Below, in pieces: positions 20,683 to 30,891 of a stretch of 64,000 nt of DNA. The DNA is taken from positions 1 to 64,000 of the forward strand of contig JBHIEG010000004.1 of NCBI GenBank assembly GCA_046760505.1, read 5' to 3'. Every line of letters begins with the position of its first letter. Position 1 is the stretch's first letter. The position numbers and the translations under genes are program-made. The notes under the pieces are model-generated. The model did not search any database. It was not told where the DNA came from and worked only from the letters and a program-made list of their open reading frames with translations. Origin of the DNA: Candidatus Hydrothermarchaeota archaeon. GTDB taxonomy: Archaea; CAYFZR01.

Positions 20683-21585
20683 TCATAGGCTAAGCAAGAA
20701 TCTTGCAAGTCTTATTTTATCACTCATACCTTTCATTATTATATTTGTGTATTCAGTTCTAACATCTGATTTCACAGGATTGTCCGTTGTATCCGCGACA
20801 AATATGTCAAGGAAGTCATAGATGATTGGAATGCTTTCGGGAGACACTTTGTATCCTAAGGCATTCATAAATTTGCCGGCTGGACCGCTCACAGGAGAAT
20901 TTCCTATGATGGGAGAAATCGCTATTTTTTTACTATTACTCTCTAAAATTGCCTTCTTAAATCCCTTCAAGTTGATTATAGGTAGAATACTCGTAATCGG
21001 ATTACTTGGGCCAATTATAATTTTATCTGCTTCCTTAATTTCGACTAACGCCTCTTTCAACGGTTCAGCGTCTTCTAAACCTTCAAATGTAACGTCTAAA
21101 ACATCTACTTTTCCTCTTTTTTCAACCCAGAACTCATGAAATGACATCGTTTTTTCAGGGGTATGAATTCGTGTAGCAACTCTGTCATTGGTCATCGGCA
21201 GCACCTTACAGTTTAAACCTAGAATCCTCAACTGGTGCTTAATTGCCTTGGACAATGGAAGTCCAGACTTAAGCAATAAGGTTCTTTGTAGCTTAAACGC
21301 TCTGTCTCTGTCTCCAATTCTTAAAATTTCCTTTTGACCTAATTTTTTAAGTTCTTCATGGCAGAAAAAGGTATCTCCTCTGATTCCGTACCATGTTTCC
21401 TCATTTATTATGTCCAAAAGGGTGTAAATAACGGTGTCAATATCGGGCGAAATGAACATGTTGGACAGCCAGAGATCTTCTGCTGTATTCACGATTATCG
21501 TCATATCTTTTTGATCTAATTCTCTCTTTAATCCCTGTAATAGCTTAGGAGTTCCGGTACCTCCTGAAAGGATTACAATGCTCAT
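20683..21585 (-). CDS. cofD: 2-phospho-L-lactate transferase (F420 biosynthesis)
   Basis: LSGGTGTPKL, SPDIDTV, IGPSNPITSI, VSGPA. Confidence 0.95.
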   Translation of the reverse strand: MSIVILSGGTGTPKLLQGLKRELDQKDMTIIVNTAEDLWLSNMFISPDIDTVIYTLLDIINEETWYGIRGDTFFCHEELKKLGQKEILRIGDRDRAFKLQRTLLLKSGLPLSKAIKHQLRILGLNCKVLPMTNDRVATRIHTPEKTMSFHEFWVEKRGKVDVLDVTFEGLEDAEPLKEALVEIKEADKIIIGPSNPITSILPIINLKGFKKAILESNSKKIAISPIIGNSPVSGPAGKFMNALGYKVSPESIPIIYDFLDIFVADTTDNPVKSDVRTEYTNIIMKGMSDKIRLARFLLSL

Positions 21586-21589
21586 TTTC

Positions 21590-22324
21590 TCACCTGAAGA
21601 CGTCTTCCTTCGAATTTCTAATCAAGTCTTTCGATCCTTTTTCGGATTTTTTATACTTCAATCCCCTTACGATAACAGCGGGAATCCCTTCGCTAGCTTC
21701 TCCCATGATTAGGTTGGCAGCACAAGAGATGTTGTCGAGTAATGCGACTTTTGTTATTTTTAACTCCTTTCCAAAGAGATCCTTTTCCCCCCTTCTATCT
21801 TGTAGAGGTTCTATCCCGGAACTGCCAATACATACACCAGTAACTCCCGTTCTAAAAGGTCTCCCGCACGTGTCCGTAATTATCACTGCAACGTCTTTGT
21901 TGGAGAGACTACGTAGGGTTTTCCTAATCTCTTTTGCAGACCTATCTGGATCTTCGGGTAAAAGTATCGCATATCCTTTCTCTACATTGGTCTCATCTAC
22001 CCCAGAGTTCGCGCAAACATAACCATTTTTTGTTTCAGTGACTATGAAACCAGGTCCTACTCTCAGTATTTTTTCTGCCTCTCTTATGATTAATTCAACA
22101 ATTCTTGGATCTTTAGAAGTCTTCTTTGCCAGTCTAATTGCGTATTTACTGGGTTTAATGTCTTCTAATCGCACTACTCTTCCCTCTGCTTTTGACAAAA
22201 TCGTATGGGTTATAACCAAAATATCGTTTTCCTTGATTTTGGTGAATGAAGAAAATATCAATTTTCCGATATCGTCTCCAGGTTTAATTAGCGGTAAGTC
22301 TTTTATTGGTATAAAAGATACCAA
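21590..22324 (-). CDS. cofE: Coenzyme F420-0:L-glutamate ligase
   Basis: SKAEG, ANSGVDETN, DTCGRPFR, MGEASEG. Confidence 0.95.
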   Translation of the reverse strand: MVSFIPIKDLPLIKPGDDIGKLIFSSFTKIKENDILVITHTILSKAEGRVVRLEDIKPSKYAIRLAKKTSKDPRIVELIIREAEKILRVGPGFIVTETKNGYVCANSGVDETNVEKGYAILLPEDPDRSAKEIRKTLRSLSNKDVAVIITDTCGRPFRTGVTGVCIGSSGIEPLQDRRGEKDLFGKELKITKVALLDNISCAANLIMGEASEGIPAVIVRGLKYKKSEKGSKDLIRNSKEDVFR

Positions 22325-22397
22325 CCTTAACCCTCTACATTTTTCTTGGGATTGAGTAAAAGAACTAGAAAAAGGTTTGAGGCATAATTACTAAGAA

Positions 22398-22673
22398 TCA
22401 ACCTGTAAGCGCTTTTTTCTCGTTTATCACTATCACATCACTTACGGCTTCCACAGAGTCATATGGAACTTTTGCAAATCCCTCTTCGTCCACAGGGAGT
22501 TGCAAAACACTTTGTGTTGGTCCTTTTGTTTTTTCAGGCTCTATTATGAGATTTAAAAGGGTACCGGTTTCTACGTCGAGAGTTATGTCGTACAAACTCC
22601 CTACCATCCTCCCCTTATCACTAACAACAGTTTTGCCAGCCAAATCACTTGCATATACTTTCTTCAAGTTCAT
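22398..22673 (-). CDS. PRC-barrel protein (CdpB-like cell-division factor)
   Basis: GKTVVSDKG..VG.L.DI.LD.ETG...V.AVSDVIVI. Confidence 0.85.
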   Translation of the reverse strand: MNLKKVYASDLAGKTVVSDKGRMVGSLYDITLDVETGTLLNLIIEPEKTKGPTQSVLQLPVDEEGFAKVPYDSVEAVSDVIVINEKKALTG

Positions 22674-23235
22674 TCCTCCATAACCTCGCGTGCATAAGAT
22701 CTATAAAAGTATTTACGTTAATCGCTACTTCCAATCTATCCATACATATATTTTTCTGAGGCATCTCCTCCTTGAAATTTGAATCCACTATGTTGAAGCC
22801 AGTGTACTCCATCTCATCCTTTGCGATCAATCCCACACTCTCTTTAAACTTCCCTGAAACTACCACGGAAATTGCAGGTATTTCAGTTTTCTCGTAAATT
22901 TCTATTGTGTTCTCTATTATTTCTGCTGTTATGTATGGAATATCTGAAGGCAGCACTATTATCTTTCCGTCCAACTTATTTAAGATTTCTCGAAGATCAT
23001 TTACATATCCTTTTCCCTGTGTATCCAACGTGTGGATCCTGTTTCTCTTTGCCCACTCTTTTGTCTTAGGAGTCCACTTTGATACTGCAATCTTTATAAC
23101 ATTTATCTTTTTCGTTTCCTTGACAGCTTGGACGACTCTTTCTATCATCTTCTTTCCTTTTATCTCTAGAAGGGGCTTTTCCACGTAGCCTAGTCTAGAT
23201 CCCTTTCCTCCAGCCATTATAATGCATTTATACAT
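22645..23235 (-). CDS. cobY: Adenosylcobinamide-phosphate guanylyltransferase
   Basis: MAGGKGSRL..EKP NTP-transferase motif, INVNT; adjacent to cobS. Confidence 0.85.
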   Translation of the reverse strand: MYKCIIMAGGKGSRLGYVEKPLLEIKGKKMIERVVQAVKETKKINVIKIAVSKWTPKTKEWAKRNRIHTLDTQGKGYVNDLREILNKLDGKIIVLPSDIPYITAEIIENTIEIYEKTEIPAISVVVSGKFKESVGLIAKDEMEYTGFNIVDSNFKEEMPQKNICMDRLEVAINVNTFIDLMHARLWRNELEESICK

Positions 23236-23927
23236 AGGATCACTACCAGTGAGAGGACCCTCGAAATCTCATGAGAGGCGCCGAGCGTGTCTCCTGTCGT
23301 ACCTCCGAAAGAAGAGGCAGAGAGTTTTGCGAAGGAGTAACCGAATATTACTGTTAGAATGACCAGTATTGGCGCAGGCTTATAAATCAAATAGGTAAAA
23401 AATAGGGCAATAAAGACACCGGATAAAAATTGTTTTGAGTCAATTCCCTCCACAAAGTGTTTACCGAGACCATTCCATAAGGGGTTGCCAAAGTACATGC
23501 AAGAAATCATACCAAGTTTTGCATAGGTTTCAGATAATATCAGTCCCACATATCCCAATTCGAGAAGGGAAAAGAAGGTTATTAGAATAGTAAAAATTGC
23601 GATACCAAAGCCGCCAACTCCAATATTGCTATCTTTCATGATTTCAACTCTTTTTTCCCTGTCTTTTATCATCCAAGCATCTCCCACGTCTATTAAACCG
23701 TCTAGGTGCAAAAAACCTGTGAGGAAATATAGTGAGAACAGCCCCGCTGTTAATCCTAATTTCATATCCAATATTCCAATGAAATTAGCAATCCAGTAGG
23801 AGAAGCACCCCAAGGAAAAACCCACAAAAGGTAAAAGATATAAAAATTTTATTATCTCTGAGATCTCACATTTCTTGAAGGGCATTACGGTAAAAAATGA
23901 GAACAGACCCCTTATTCCATTCAACAT
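23217..23927 (-). CDS. cobS: Cobalamin synthase
   Basis: TGFLHLDGLIDVGD, IMKD..G, FGGTTGDTLGA. Confidence 0.93.
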   Translation of the reverse strand: MLNGIRGLFSFFTVMPFKKCEISEIIKFLYLLPFVGFSLGCFSYWIANFIGILDMKLGLTAGLFSLYFLTGFLHLDGLIDVGDAWMIKDREKRVEIMKDSNIGVGGFGIAIFTILITFFSLLELGYVGLILSETYAKLGMISCMYFGNPLWNGLGKHFVEGIDSKQFLSGVFIALFFTYLIYKPAPILVILTVIFGYSFAKLSASSFGGTTGDTLGASHEISRVLSLVVILCINAL

Positions 23928-23950
23928 AGCGAGGAATATGTGAAATGCAC

Positions 23951-24478
23951 CTAATAAATATTATTTTCCCGATCTACTTTTTGGTCTATTTTATGCGCCT
24001 TAACTCGAACCTCGTCAAAACCATCCTCTATGCTGAATTCATAAATTACAGGGACCATCCATTTATGATCCACTTCATCGATCAAATTTTTTATTATGAG
24101 GAAATTTCTTAATTTTTCTACCCTCACGAATGAGGGTTTTCCGAGGGAAAAATCAATTACATCTTCTCCTCGCTCAACCATGTCTCTCAGATGGTAGATA
24201 AGTCTATCGAAGAACTTTTTGGTTCTTACTTCGGTAAGACTACTTTCTTTTCTCAACGAGTGATGCTCCTTGATCAGGTCGAATATTTTTTGATACGTTT
24301 CTTCTTCAGAGAAACTCTTGATTTCAAGAATTCTTTCTCTAACGAATAGAACAGTGTCTTCATAATCACCTATTTTTTCTCTATCTTCAAATACTTTGTT
24401 TCTAGCAAGTATCATCAATTGATATATCTTTTCTGCATCATTTTTGGATATCGCTTGGATTATTTCCTTTTTGTACAA
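23951..24478 (-). CDS. Hypothetical protein
   Basis: 175-aa ORF co-oriented within the cob cluster. Confidence 0.6.
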   Translation of the reverse strand: MYKKEIIQAISKNDAEKIYQLMILARNKVFEDREKIGDYEDTVLFVRERILEIKSFSEEETYQKIFDLIKEHHSLRKESSLTEVRTKKFFDRLIYHLRDMVERGEDVIDFSLGKPSFVRVEKLRNFLIIKNLIDEVDHKWMVPVIYEFSIEDGFDEVRVKAHKIDQKVDRENNIY

Positions 24479-24545
24479 AAAACATACCCATTATTACAGA
24501 AGATTTTTTATAGATTTAAATTATTCTGGACCCTGCTTCTAGCAT

Positions 24546-25475
24546 TCATTTTGAATAAAGGAGCCTTGATAATGCACCAGCTACAAATCCCGCGAGAACG
24601 TCATCCATAAATATCCCCTGTTCACGGATTATTCCTGGTTTTTTTTCATCATATCGCTTAAAATTAAATATACCTTTTGTTCCTGCAATTTCATTTGCAA
24701 TTGCCATCCCTAAAATCTCGTCTGCATATAAAAAAGATGGATCTTCTTTGTTGCTTAACCCTTTTATTTTTCCATGCGCTAATTCTTCTTCAAGTTTTAT
24801 TCCGGCTAAGATCAATGAAGAGATGTTGATATCCTCTGATAGCCCTATTAATTCTTTTTTCAACTCTTTCTTAATTATTTCGCTTTCCTCTCCTATATAC
24901 AATGCCATTCCTGCTTCTACAAGATCCCGCAGGAAAATTTTCTTTTCTTCGAGTTTTTCCAAAATCGTTTTCGGAAATTTGATGTTTTTTTGCTTTATCA
25001 AGGCATCCTTTAAAAGTTCCTTTGTTTTTTTAAATATTTCATCATAATCAATTTTTCTAGGATTTATTTCTTTTATAGCCAAAACTGCGTTATATGAACA
25101 GTATTCTCGTGCAGCATCCAGTTCTAAAAAAGCATATGCTTTTGCTTCTCCTATCAGAGCGTAGAGGTCTTGTATTGCATTCTCTGCTATCTCTCTAAGA
25201 ATTAATAGAGTGTTAATCTTCCCATTGAAAAACTCTAACAAGAGAAATGATTTTTGATCTTCCTTGAAGATACACCTTTCAATGTTTTCCACACCAAAGA
25301 AGAATCCTCTTGGATACTGTATTTTTAAATCCTCCAGATTTAAACCATCCTCGAAAACTACAATTCTATCCGTCTTGAGAGTTTCTTTAAGGGAGTATAC
25401 AGTAAATTCTTCTTTGAGGGATATAATGATATACTTATCCATGGGATATACTTCGATATCCTCCATCCCAAACAC
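24546..25475 (-). CDS. cobZ: Alpha-ribazole phosphatase CobZ (PgpA-like C-terminal domain)
   Basis: DP..LYADEILGMAIANEIAG..GIFNF.RYD.KKPGI...FMDD. Confidence 0.82.
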   Translation of the reverse strand: MFGMEDIEVYPMDKYIIISLKEEFTVYSLKETLKTDRIVVFEDGLNLEDLKIQYPRGFFFGVENIERCIFKEDQKSFLLLEFFNGKINTLLILREIAENAIQDLYALIGEAKAYAFLELDAAREYCSYNAVLAIKEINPRKIDYDEIFKKTKELLKDALIKQKNIKFPKTILEKLEEKKIFLRDLVEAGMALYIGEESEIIKKELKKELIGLSEDINISSLILAGIKLEEELAHGKIKGLSNKEDPSFLYADEILGMAIANEIAGTKGIFNFKRYDEKKPGIIREQGIFMDDVLAGFVAGALSRLLYSK

Positions 25476-25495
25476 CTTAAAAACCTCTAGTTAAA

Positions 25496-26647
25496 ATGTA
25501 CTTAAGGATTGTGAGCACAATGAAAGTACTCCTCCTAGATCCTCAACTAGCGGGAATATCAGGAGACATGTGCTTGGCATCATTGTTAGATATAGGCTTG
25601 GTTGAAATCATAGATGAACTGGAGAATTTGTTTCCCGTAAAGATTAATGCTACGGTGAGTGAAGACAGAGGTATCCGTGGGGTAAGACTTGAAATTTTGA
25701 GAGAAGAAAAAGAAATGTCTTTCGAGGAGATAAAGGAAAATATAAGAGGCAGTAAACAAATCGTTGAAACGTCCTACAAGATCATAGATGTACTCTCAAA
25801 GGCAGAGGAAGGAATTCATGGTGAAAGACATTTTCATGATGCATGGGATCTTCTGGTAGATGTAGTGGGTTTTTCCATGTGCATAGAGAAAATTTCTCCA
25901 GAAATAATACTTTCTTTGCCTCCAGCACTTGGAACAGGCATCGTAGAATCTCCTCATGGAACATTGCCTGTTCCAAGTCCAGCAACTCTTGAGATCTTGC
26001 GGATTTTAAACTTCTCAACAAGGAGAACAAGTATTAAAGAGGAATTGACCACGCCGACAGGCGCCTCACTGCTCAGCGTTTCTAGCCAAGTTCTATCTTT
26101 TCCGGAGATTTATGTGAATGAAATCGGTTATGGCCTAGGTTGGAAGAAATTGGAAGTGCCCAATGTTTTCAGAAGTATAGTTGGCGAATCAATAGATATT
26201 TTTCTCACAGACCAAGTATTCGTACTCGAGACAAATATCGATGATGTTAGTCCCGAGATTTTGAGTTACACCATGGAAAAATTGCTTGAAAAAGGTGCTA
26301 AGGACGTCTGCTACGTCCCAATATATGCGAAGAAGAACAGACCCGCCTATCAGTTGCAGGTCATATGCAGTGCTGAAGATTTATCAGACCACATAAAAAT
26401 AATTTCTAAGGAAACAGGGTCTTTGGGCATAAGAATATTACCTATACAGCATAGATGGATATCAGAAAGGAAAATAGATACTCTCTCGGTAAAGATAAAA
26501 GAGAAGGAGTTTGATGTAAGGATAAAAAGATCTCAGTATGCAGCATCCATAGAATATGAGGATGCAAAAAAGATATCGGAGGAGACTGGAATTCCTCTAA
26601 GAGAGGTTTTTTCCATCATAGAAAGGCAAATCAGGAAAAAAAATTAA
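25496..26647 (+). CDS. larC: LarC nickel-insertion protein
   Basis: [38 protein letters not shown]. Confidence 0.92.
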   Translation: MYLRIVSTMKVLLLDPQLAGISGDMCLASLLDIGLVEIIDELENLFPVKINATVSEDRGIRGVRLEILREEKEMSFEEIKENIRGSKQIVETSYKIIDVLSKAEEGIHGERHFHDAWDLLVDVVGFSMCIEKISPEIILSLPPALGTGIVESPHGTLPVPSPATLEILRILNFSTRRTSIKEELTTPTGASLLSVSSQVLSFPEIYVNEIGYGLGWKKLEVPNVFRSIVGESIDIFLTDQVFVLETNIDDVSPEILSYTMEKLLEKGAKDVCYVPIYAKKNRPAYQLQVICSAEDLSDHIKIISKETGSLGIRILPIQHRWISERKIDTLSVKIKEKEFDVRIKRSQYAASIEYEDAKKISEETGIPLREVFSIIERQIRKKN

Positions 26648-27396
26648 CTTTCTCCTTTCTTCAAGGCTTCGCCAATCATTGGAACAAATCTAACGTTTGT
26701 TATGTATTTAAGCTTCAATTCCCCTCTTTCTTTCTTTATCAGGGTTAGTGTTTGATAATATCTGGTGCTTCCCAAGGGTAAGACCATCACTCCACCCTCT
26801 TTCAGTTGATCTATCAGATACGGGGGAATATGGTTTACCGCGCACGTTATTATAATTGCATCAAACGGAGCGTGCTCTTTCCACCCAAAGTATCCGTCTG
26901 CATGCTTCACATGTACGTTGTCGTATCCTAGTTCTTTTAAAGTCTTTTTTGCATTATTAGCTAGCTTTTCACGGATCTCTATTGTATAAACTTCATCAGC
27001 AAGTTCAGATAGAATTGCTGCTTGGTATCCGGAGCCAGTACCTATTTCTAGAACCTTTTCAGTTCCATTTAGCTCCAAGGATTCGGTCATCAGAGCAACA
27101 ACATACGGCTGGGAAATGGTCTGGCCTTCTCCTATCGGGAGTGGATGATCGTCATATGCCTCATCTATCATGCTTGGTTCCACAAACTTGTGCCTTGGAA
27201 CCTTGTTCATGACTTCCAGTACCCTCTCATCTGAAATACCTCTTGCTTTAATCTGTTTTTCAACCATTTCTTTTCTTGCTTTGGTTAGACTTGGATCTTC
27301 AAAAAATTTTTCTTCCCTAGTTTCTTTAATGCTCTCCAAACAACCTAGGAATAGAAAAGTAAAGAGCATGATTAAAGTTATTTTTTTTAGATCCAT
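26644..27396 (-). CDS. pcm: Protein-L-isoaspartate O-methyltransferase with N-terminal lipoprotein-like signal
   Basis: [34 protein letters not shown]; leader ending LFLGC. Confidence 0.92.
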   Translation of the reverse strand: MDLKKITLIMLFTFLFLGCLESIKETREEKFFEDPSLTKARKEMVEKQIKARGISDERVLEVMNKVPRHKFVEPSMIDEAYDDHPLPIGEGQTISQPYVVALMTESLELNGTEKVLEIGTGSGYQAAILSELADEVYTIEIREKLANNAKKTLKELGYDNVHVKHADGYFGWKEHAPFDAIIITCAVNHIPPYLIDQLKEGGVMVLPLGSTRYYQTLTLIKKERGELKLKYITNVRFVPMIGEALKKGES

Positions 27397-27677
27397 ATGG
27401 ATTGATTGTTAGTTTTATTAAAAAAATTTGTTGGACGACAGTTTGACTATTAAACGATAAAATCTTTTTAAGCGGAAGTTAGGAAGAAGATAGGGGTGTT
27501 TAAAAGCGCGGATAAGCTCGAATTTTTAGGAGGTAATTTATGACCCATTTCCCCCCATATATAATACTTTTTAACTATTTTAATCGATACCACTCTAGCG
27601 TTCCTTATGGTATTAAAAATATAGCATTAAAAAGTATGAAATATAAGTCGATTATAATAAGATGTTAGGTATGAATC

Positions 27678-29003
27678 ATGCTCCTGCGATGGATGTGCTT
27701 AATTTGCTCATTACTTGCTGTGGGCTACATTGCTTCAGGTGCAAATCTCTCAGTCTATGTTGTCTACAAAGAACCTGTGGTGAATACCAGCGGATATGAC
27801 TGTAAGGAATGCCACATGGAGAGAGAGGTACTCTCTAGATACGGTAGGCTAGATCTATACATAAATAGGACCGCATACGAAAAGACAAGCCACAACAAAA
27901 ACTGTACCGTCTGCCATCCTTATTCTGTAAAAATATTCTATAACGATACCCTTTTTATTTTTAATCTTACATATTGTCCACCAAGTAGATTTAGAGGAGG
28001 ATTTGGAAGGGAAAATGTAACTAGAACAACCCGGTCAGAGACGTGCGTAAGCGAAGAGTGCCATGAGTACAGAGAACTTTTCTTCGGTAGCAAGCACCAC
28101 CTTGCACCGGATATCGTGAAGATGCCTCAATATAGAAATGCATCTCATCCCGAATACAGACCCCAATACTGCGAGACATGTCATGCAACCTGCTCCTCAT
28201 GCCATTGGGCAGGTAAAATTCAAAATATCTCGGGGAAATTCACCCTAAATATATCAGTAAATATCAAAGATCACGCCTTTACGAAGAACATTACAAGCGA
28301 GAGATGTGCAATATGCCATACAGGCGAATATGTATTCATAAATAAATCCACGGTAGAAATAAAAGGTCACCCCCAATATCAGGAGAAAATGGCAAGCGTG
28401 CACAAAAAAATGGAATGCAAGGAGTGCCATACCACAATCCATACACTGGGAATCTCGGAAAAAGAAAAACCCGCGACATGCGATAAATGTCATAAGATTC
28501 AGGCTGAAATGTATAAATTTGGGCCACATAGAATTGTAGAATGTACTATATGCCATTCTTCTTGGCTTCCTGTTTCTATCGAGCGTGGGACGTACAAAAT
28601 ATTCCTAAAGGCTTACAGATTCGGAGACTACGCGAGCTGGAAGACCCATGAGGTAAGAAGAAAGGCTCGCAACTGCACCCTATGTCATGGAAACAGCACG
28701 ATAATTAAAGAATATAAAGAAAGGAGAGACATAATACTTGAAAAAATGAATTCAACAATTAATATGGGAGAAAGGGCCGGAGCAAATATGCTGGAGGCAA
28801 AATTGAAACATATAGAAGCAAGGGCGGCTTGGTTTCATATCGCGCCAAATAGGGAAGAACTTTCAGAAGAAACTATTCGTTTAGCAGAGAAAGCCATAGG
28901 CCAGGCAAATATAACAAATTTAATAGCTTTGTTAGCGGTAGTTACGGCTTCTGTCGTAACCGTTCTCGTAGTTTTGATCATCTGGCCCTACGAGGAAAAA
29001 TAA
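27678..29003 (+). CDS. Secreted, C-terminally anchored multiheme cytochrome c
   Basis: Nine CxxCH motifs plus one CxxxxCH; N-terminal signal peptide; C-terminal TM helix. Confidence 0.9.
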   Translation: MLLRWMCLICSLLAVGYIASGANLSVYVVYKEPVVNTSGYDCKECHMEREVLSRYGRLDLYINRTAYEKTSHNKNCTVCHPYSVKIFYNDTLFIFNLTYCPPSRFRGGFGRENVTRTTRSETCVSEECHEYRELFFGSKHHLAPDIVKMPQYRNASHPEYRPQYCETCHATCSSCHWAGKIQNISGKFTLNISVNIKDHAFTKNITSERCAICHTGEYVFINKSTVEIKGHPQYQEKMASVHKKMECKECHTTIHTLGISEKEKPATCDKCHKIQAEMYKFGPHRIVECTICHSSWLPVSIERGTYKIFLKAYRFGDYASWKTHEVRRKARNCTLCHGNSTIIKEYKERRDIILEKMNSTINMGERAGANMLEAKLKHIEARAAWFHIAPNREELSEETIRLAEKAIGQANITNLIALLAVVTASVVTVLVVLIIWPYEEK

Positions 29004-29035
29004 CTATGTTTATCTTTTTCTCAGTTGATTATGTA

Positions 29036-30226
29036 CTAGTTGATTTTGCATTCATCGAGATAAAGACAGCACATGAAGGGATCTTTTCCATAGAATCCGC
29101 CTTCTTTTAAAGCCCTGTATCGACATCCACCCTTACAATTTTTCAAAACTTTACAATCCTCGCAATCGAGCTCACTAAGTTTTGGCAGATATTCCCGAGT
29201 AATTATCTTCCAAAAATCTTCTAACTTGCCTTCTCTGATGTTACCGACGCCTTCATCGAAAAAACCACATTTGGTGACGTTCCCGCTCACATCAATTGAG
29301 CAGAGATTGGCTCCGCATGAATAATCTTCCTCACCCGCGTGAATTCCTACGGAGTACCCATATTCTTTGAAAATTCTTGCAGCATGAAGGAAATCGATGG
29401 TTAATTCTTTGTTTTTTATTAAATTTCCGCATTCCGCTGGAATATCAAGAATCCATTCGTCTACCATTAGTTCTCTCATCAACTTATTCATTTCATCGAA
29501 CTCCAGCATATTCGCGGAGTGAATCATTGTGGCTACTGTAACGTTAAGGTATTTTTTGGCATTTTTTATCCCATTTATCGTCTTGAGAAAAGTTCCTCTT
29601 CCTCTTAAAGTTTCATGACCTTCCTCCATTCCATCTAGACTTATTTGTACGCCGTTAACATACTTGAAAAGCCTTTCAGCGATTTCTTCTTCTATTAGAG
29701 TTCCATTTGTTAGTAATTCAATTCTTATGGGGAATTTTCTAGCGTATTTCAAAATGTCCCAAAAATTTTCGTGTAAGAGTGGCTCTCCACCTGTAATCAG
29801 CAGTTTAAAACCATATTCGCCGAATTCATTCAATATTTTCTTAATTAATCCCAGTTCCAGATCTCTATTGCTTTTTTCACCGAGATAGCAGTGTCTGCAT
29901 TTTAAGTTACACTTCTCCGTGATGTGCAGCAGTAGATATTTTAAAGGTGGTCTCGAGTTTTGTTTAACCGTAAATTTTTCGTTTGCTGTTTGATCCTTCT
30001 GAAAAACTAGGCATCTTTCTTTCTTCAGATAGTTTATCAATTCTAAACTTTCATTTTTATTACATCCAGTTTTCAGGAGTATGTCTTCAAAGCTATTTTT
30101 TCCGGTACAATAACTTAAAAATTCGAATGATTCATCGTCTAGCTCATATAATTCATCTTCCACAAAATTGTAAAGTACCCTCTTATCTGTCAATTTTAAC
30201 GCACAGTTCTTTAACTTCGGATACAT
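29036..30226 (-). CDS. Radical SAM/SPASM protein with N-terminal PqqD/RRE-like domain
   Basis: CNLKCRHC, TGGEPLL; SPASM C...C...CEDC....CKGGC...DPFMC; N-terminal LYELDDESFEFLSYCTG segment. Confidence 0.88.
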   Translation of the reverse strand: MYPKLKNCALKLTDKRVLYNFVEDELYELDDESFEFLSYCTGKNSFEDILLKTGCNKNESLELINYLKKERCLVFQKDQTANEKFTVKQNSRPPLKYLLLHITEKCNLKCRHCYLGEKSNRDLELGLIKKILNEFGEYGFKLLITGGEPLLHENFWDILKYARKFPIRIELLTNGTLIEEEIAERLFKYVNGVQISLDGMEEGHETLRGRGTFLKTINGIKNAKKYLNVTVATMIHSANMLEFDEMNKLMRELMVDEWILDIPAECGNLIKNKELTIDFLHAARIFKEYGYSVGIHAGEEDYSCGANLCSIDVSGNVTKCGFFDEGVGNIREGKLEDFWKIITREYLPKLSELDCEDCKVLKNCKGGCRYRALKEGGFYGKDPFMCCLYLDECKIN

Positions 30227-30330
30227 AAAAACTCTTCCCAGATATTCTTTATAACGTCTTACAATCGATAGATATGATCAAACACTAAAAGGAGTTTAAT
30301 AAATACTTTTCGTTGATGAGTTTTGACATC

Positions 30331-30360
30331 AGGTATAAATATAACAGGTATAAATATAAC
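30331..30360. repeat. Perfect 15-bp tandem duplication (AGGTATAAATATAAC)x2 containing a TATA-like box
   Basis: Read directly in the divergent intergenic region. Confidence 0.85.
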
Positions 30361-30417
30361 TGTTCATCTGTTAGACCAAACAATGAATTTAGGAAATGAA
30401 TTTTTGTCTTAAAGGAA

Positions 30418-30870
30418 GTGGATGCAACGATAAATTTAAAAAAATCATATGATAACATGAACATAGAAGGTACCAAAGTCTTTCCATCAGCAAGAGTGAT
30501 AATGCCCAGCTTATTCTCAAAGTTTTTTCCGGATATTTGTCATGGTTGTTTTAAAAGATCTCCACTGGAGAACTGGGGCGAATATAGATACTGTGAGGAC
30601 TGCGGAAATATGAGAAGAAAAAAATTCGCCTCAGCCAATCCAGATTTCGAAGTAAGACCCGTTAATTTTGCCATACCTGTCAAAGGAATAGCCTACAATA
30701 TGGACGAAGGGATATTCGAGATTGTCAATTTCTTAACCGAAGACTTCGAAAATCTCATAAAAGGACTCATTCATGAGTGCGTCCATCATGTAATACATCT
30801 AAGGGTTGGGGTGAGGGAATGTTATCAGTTTGATAACCTGCCTAAAAAGTGGTTTGAAAATGAGGACTGA
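30418..30870 (+). CDS. Small protein with CxxC...CxxC zinc finger and HExxH motif
   Basis: CHGC, CEDC, IHECVHH; true start may lie downstream of 30418. Confidence 0.7.
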   Translation: MDATINLKKSYDNMNIEGTKVFPSARVIMPSLFSKFFPDICHGCFKRSPLENWGEYRYCEDCGNMRRKKFASANPDFEVRPVNFAIPVKGIAYNMDEGIFEIVNFLTEDFENLIKGLIHECVHHVIHLRVGVRECYQFDNLPKKWFENED

Positions 30871-30891
30871 TTTTATTGATTCAATGAAATC

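Noticed and set aside
26644-27396. Pcm as a tailoring enzyme for the Asp in the peptide core
   Set aside because: Looks like a canonical repair Pcm, is separated from the locus by the cytochrome gene, and nothing else supports the link
27540-27668. 42-codon ORF with AGGAGGT SD upstream of the cytochrome
   Set aside because: Runs through AT-rich promoter-like DNA and gives a featureless peptide
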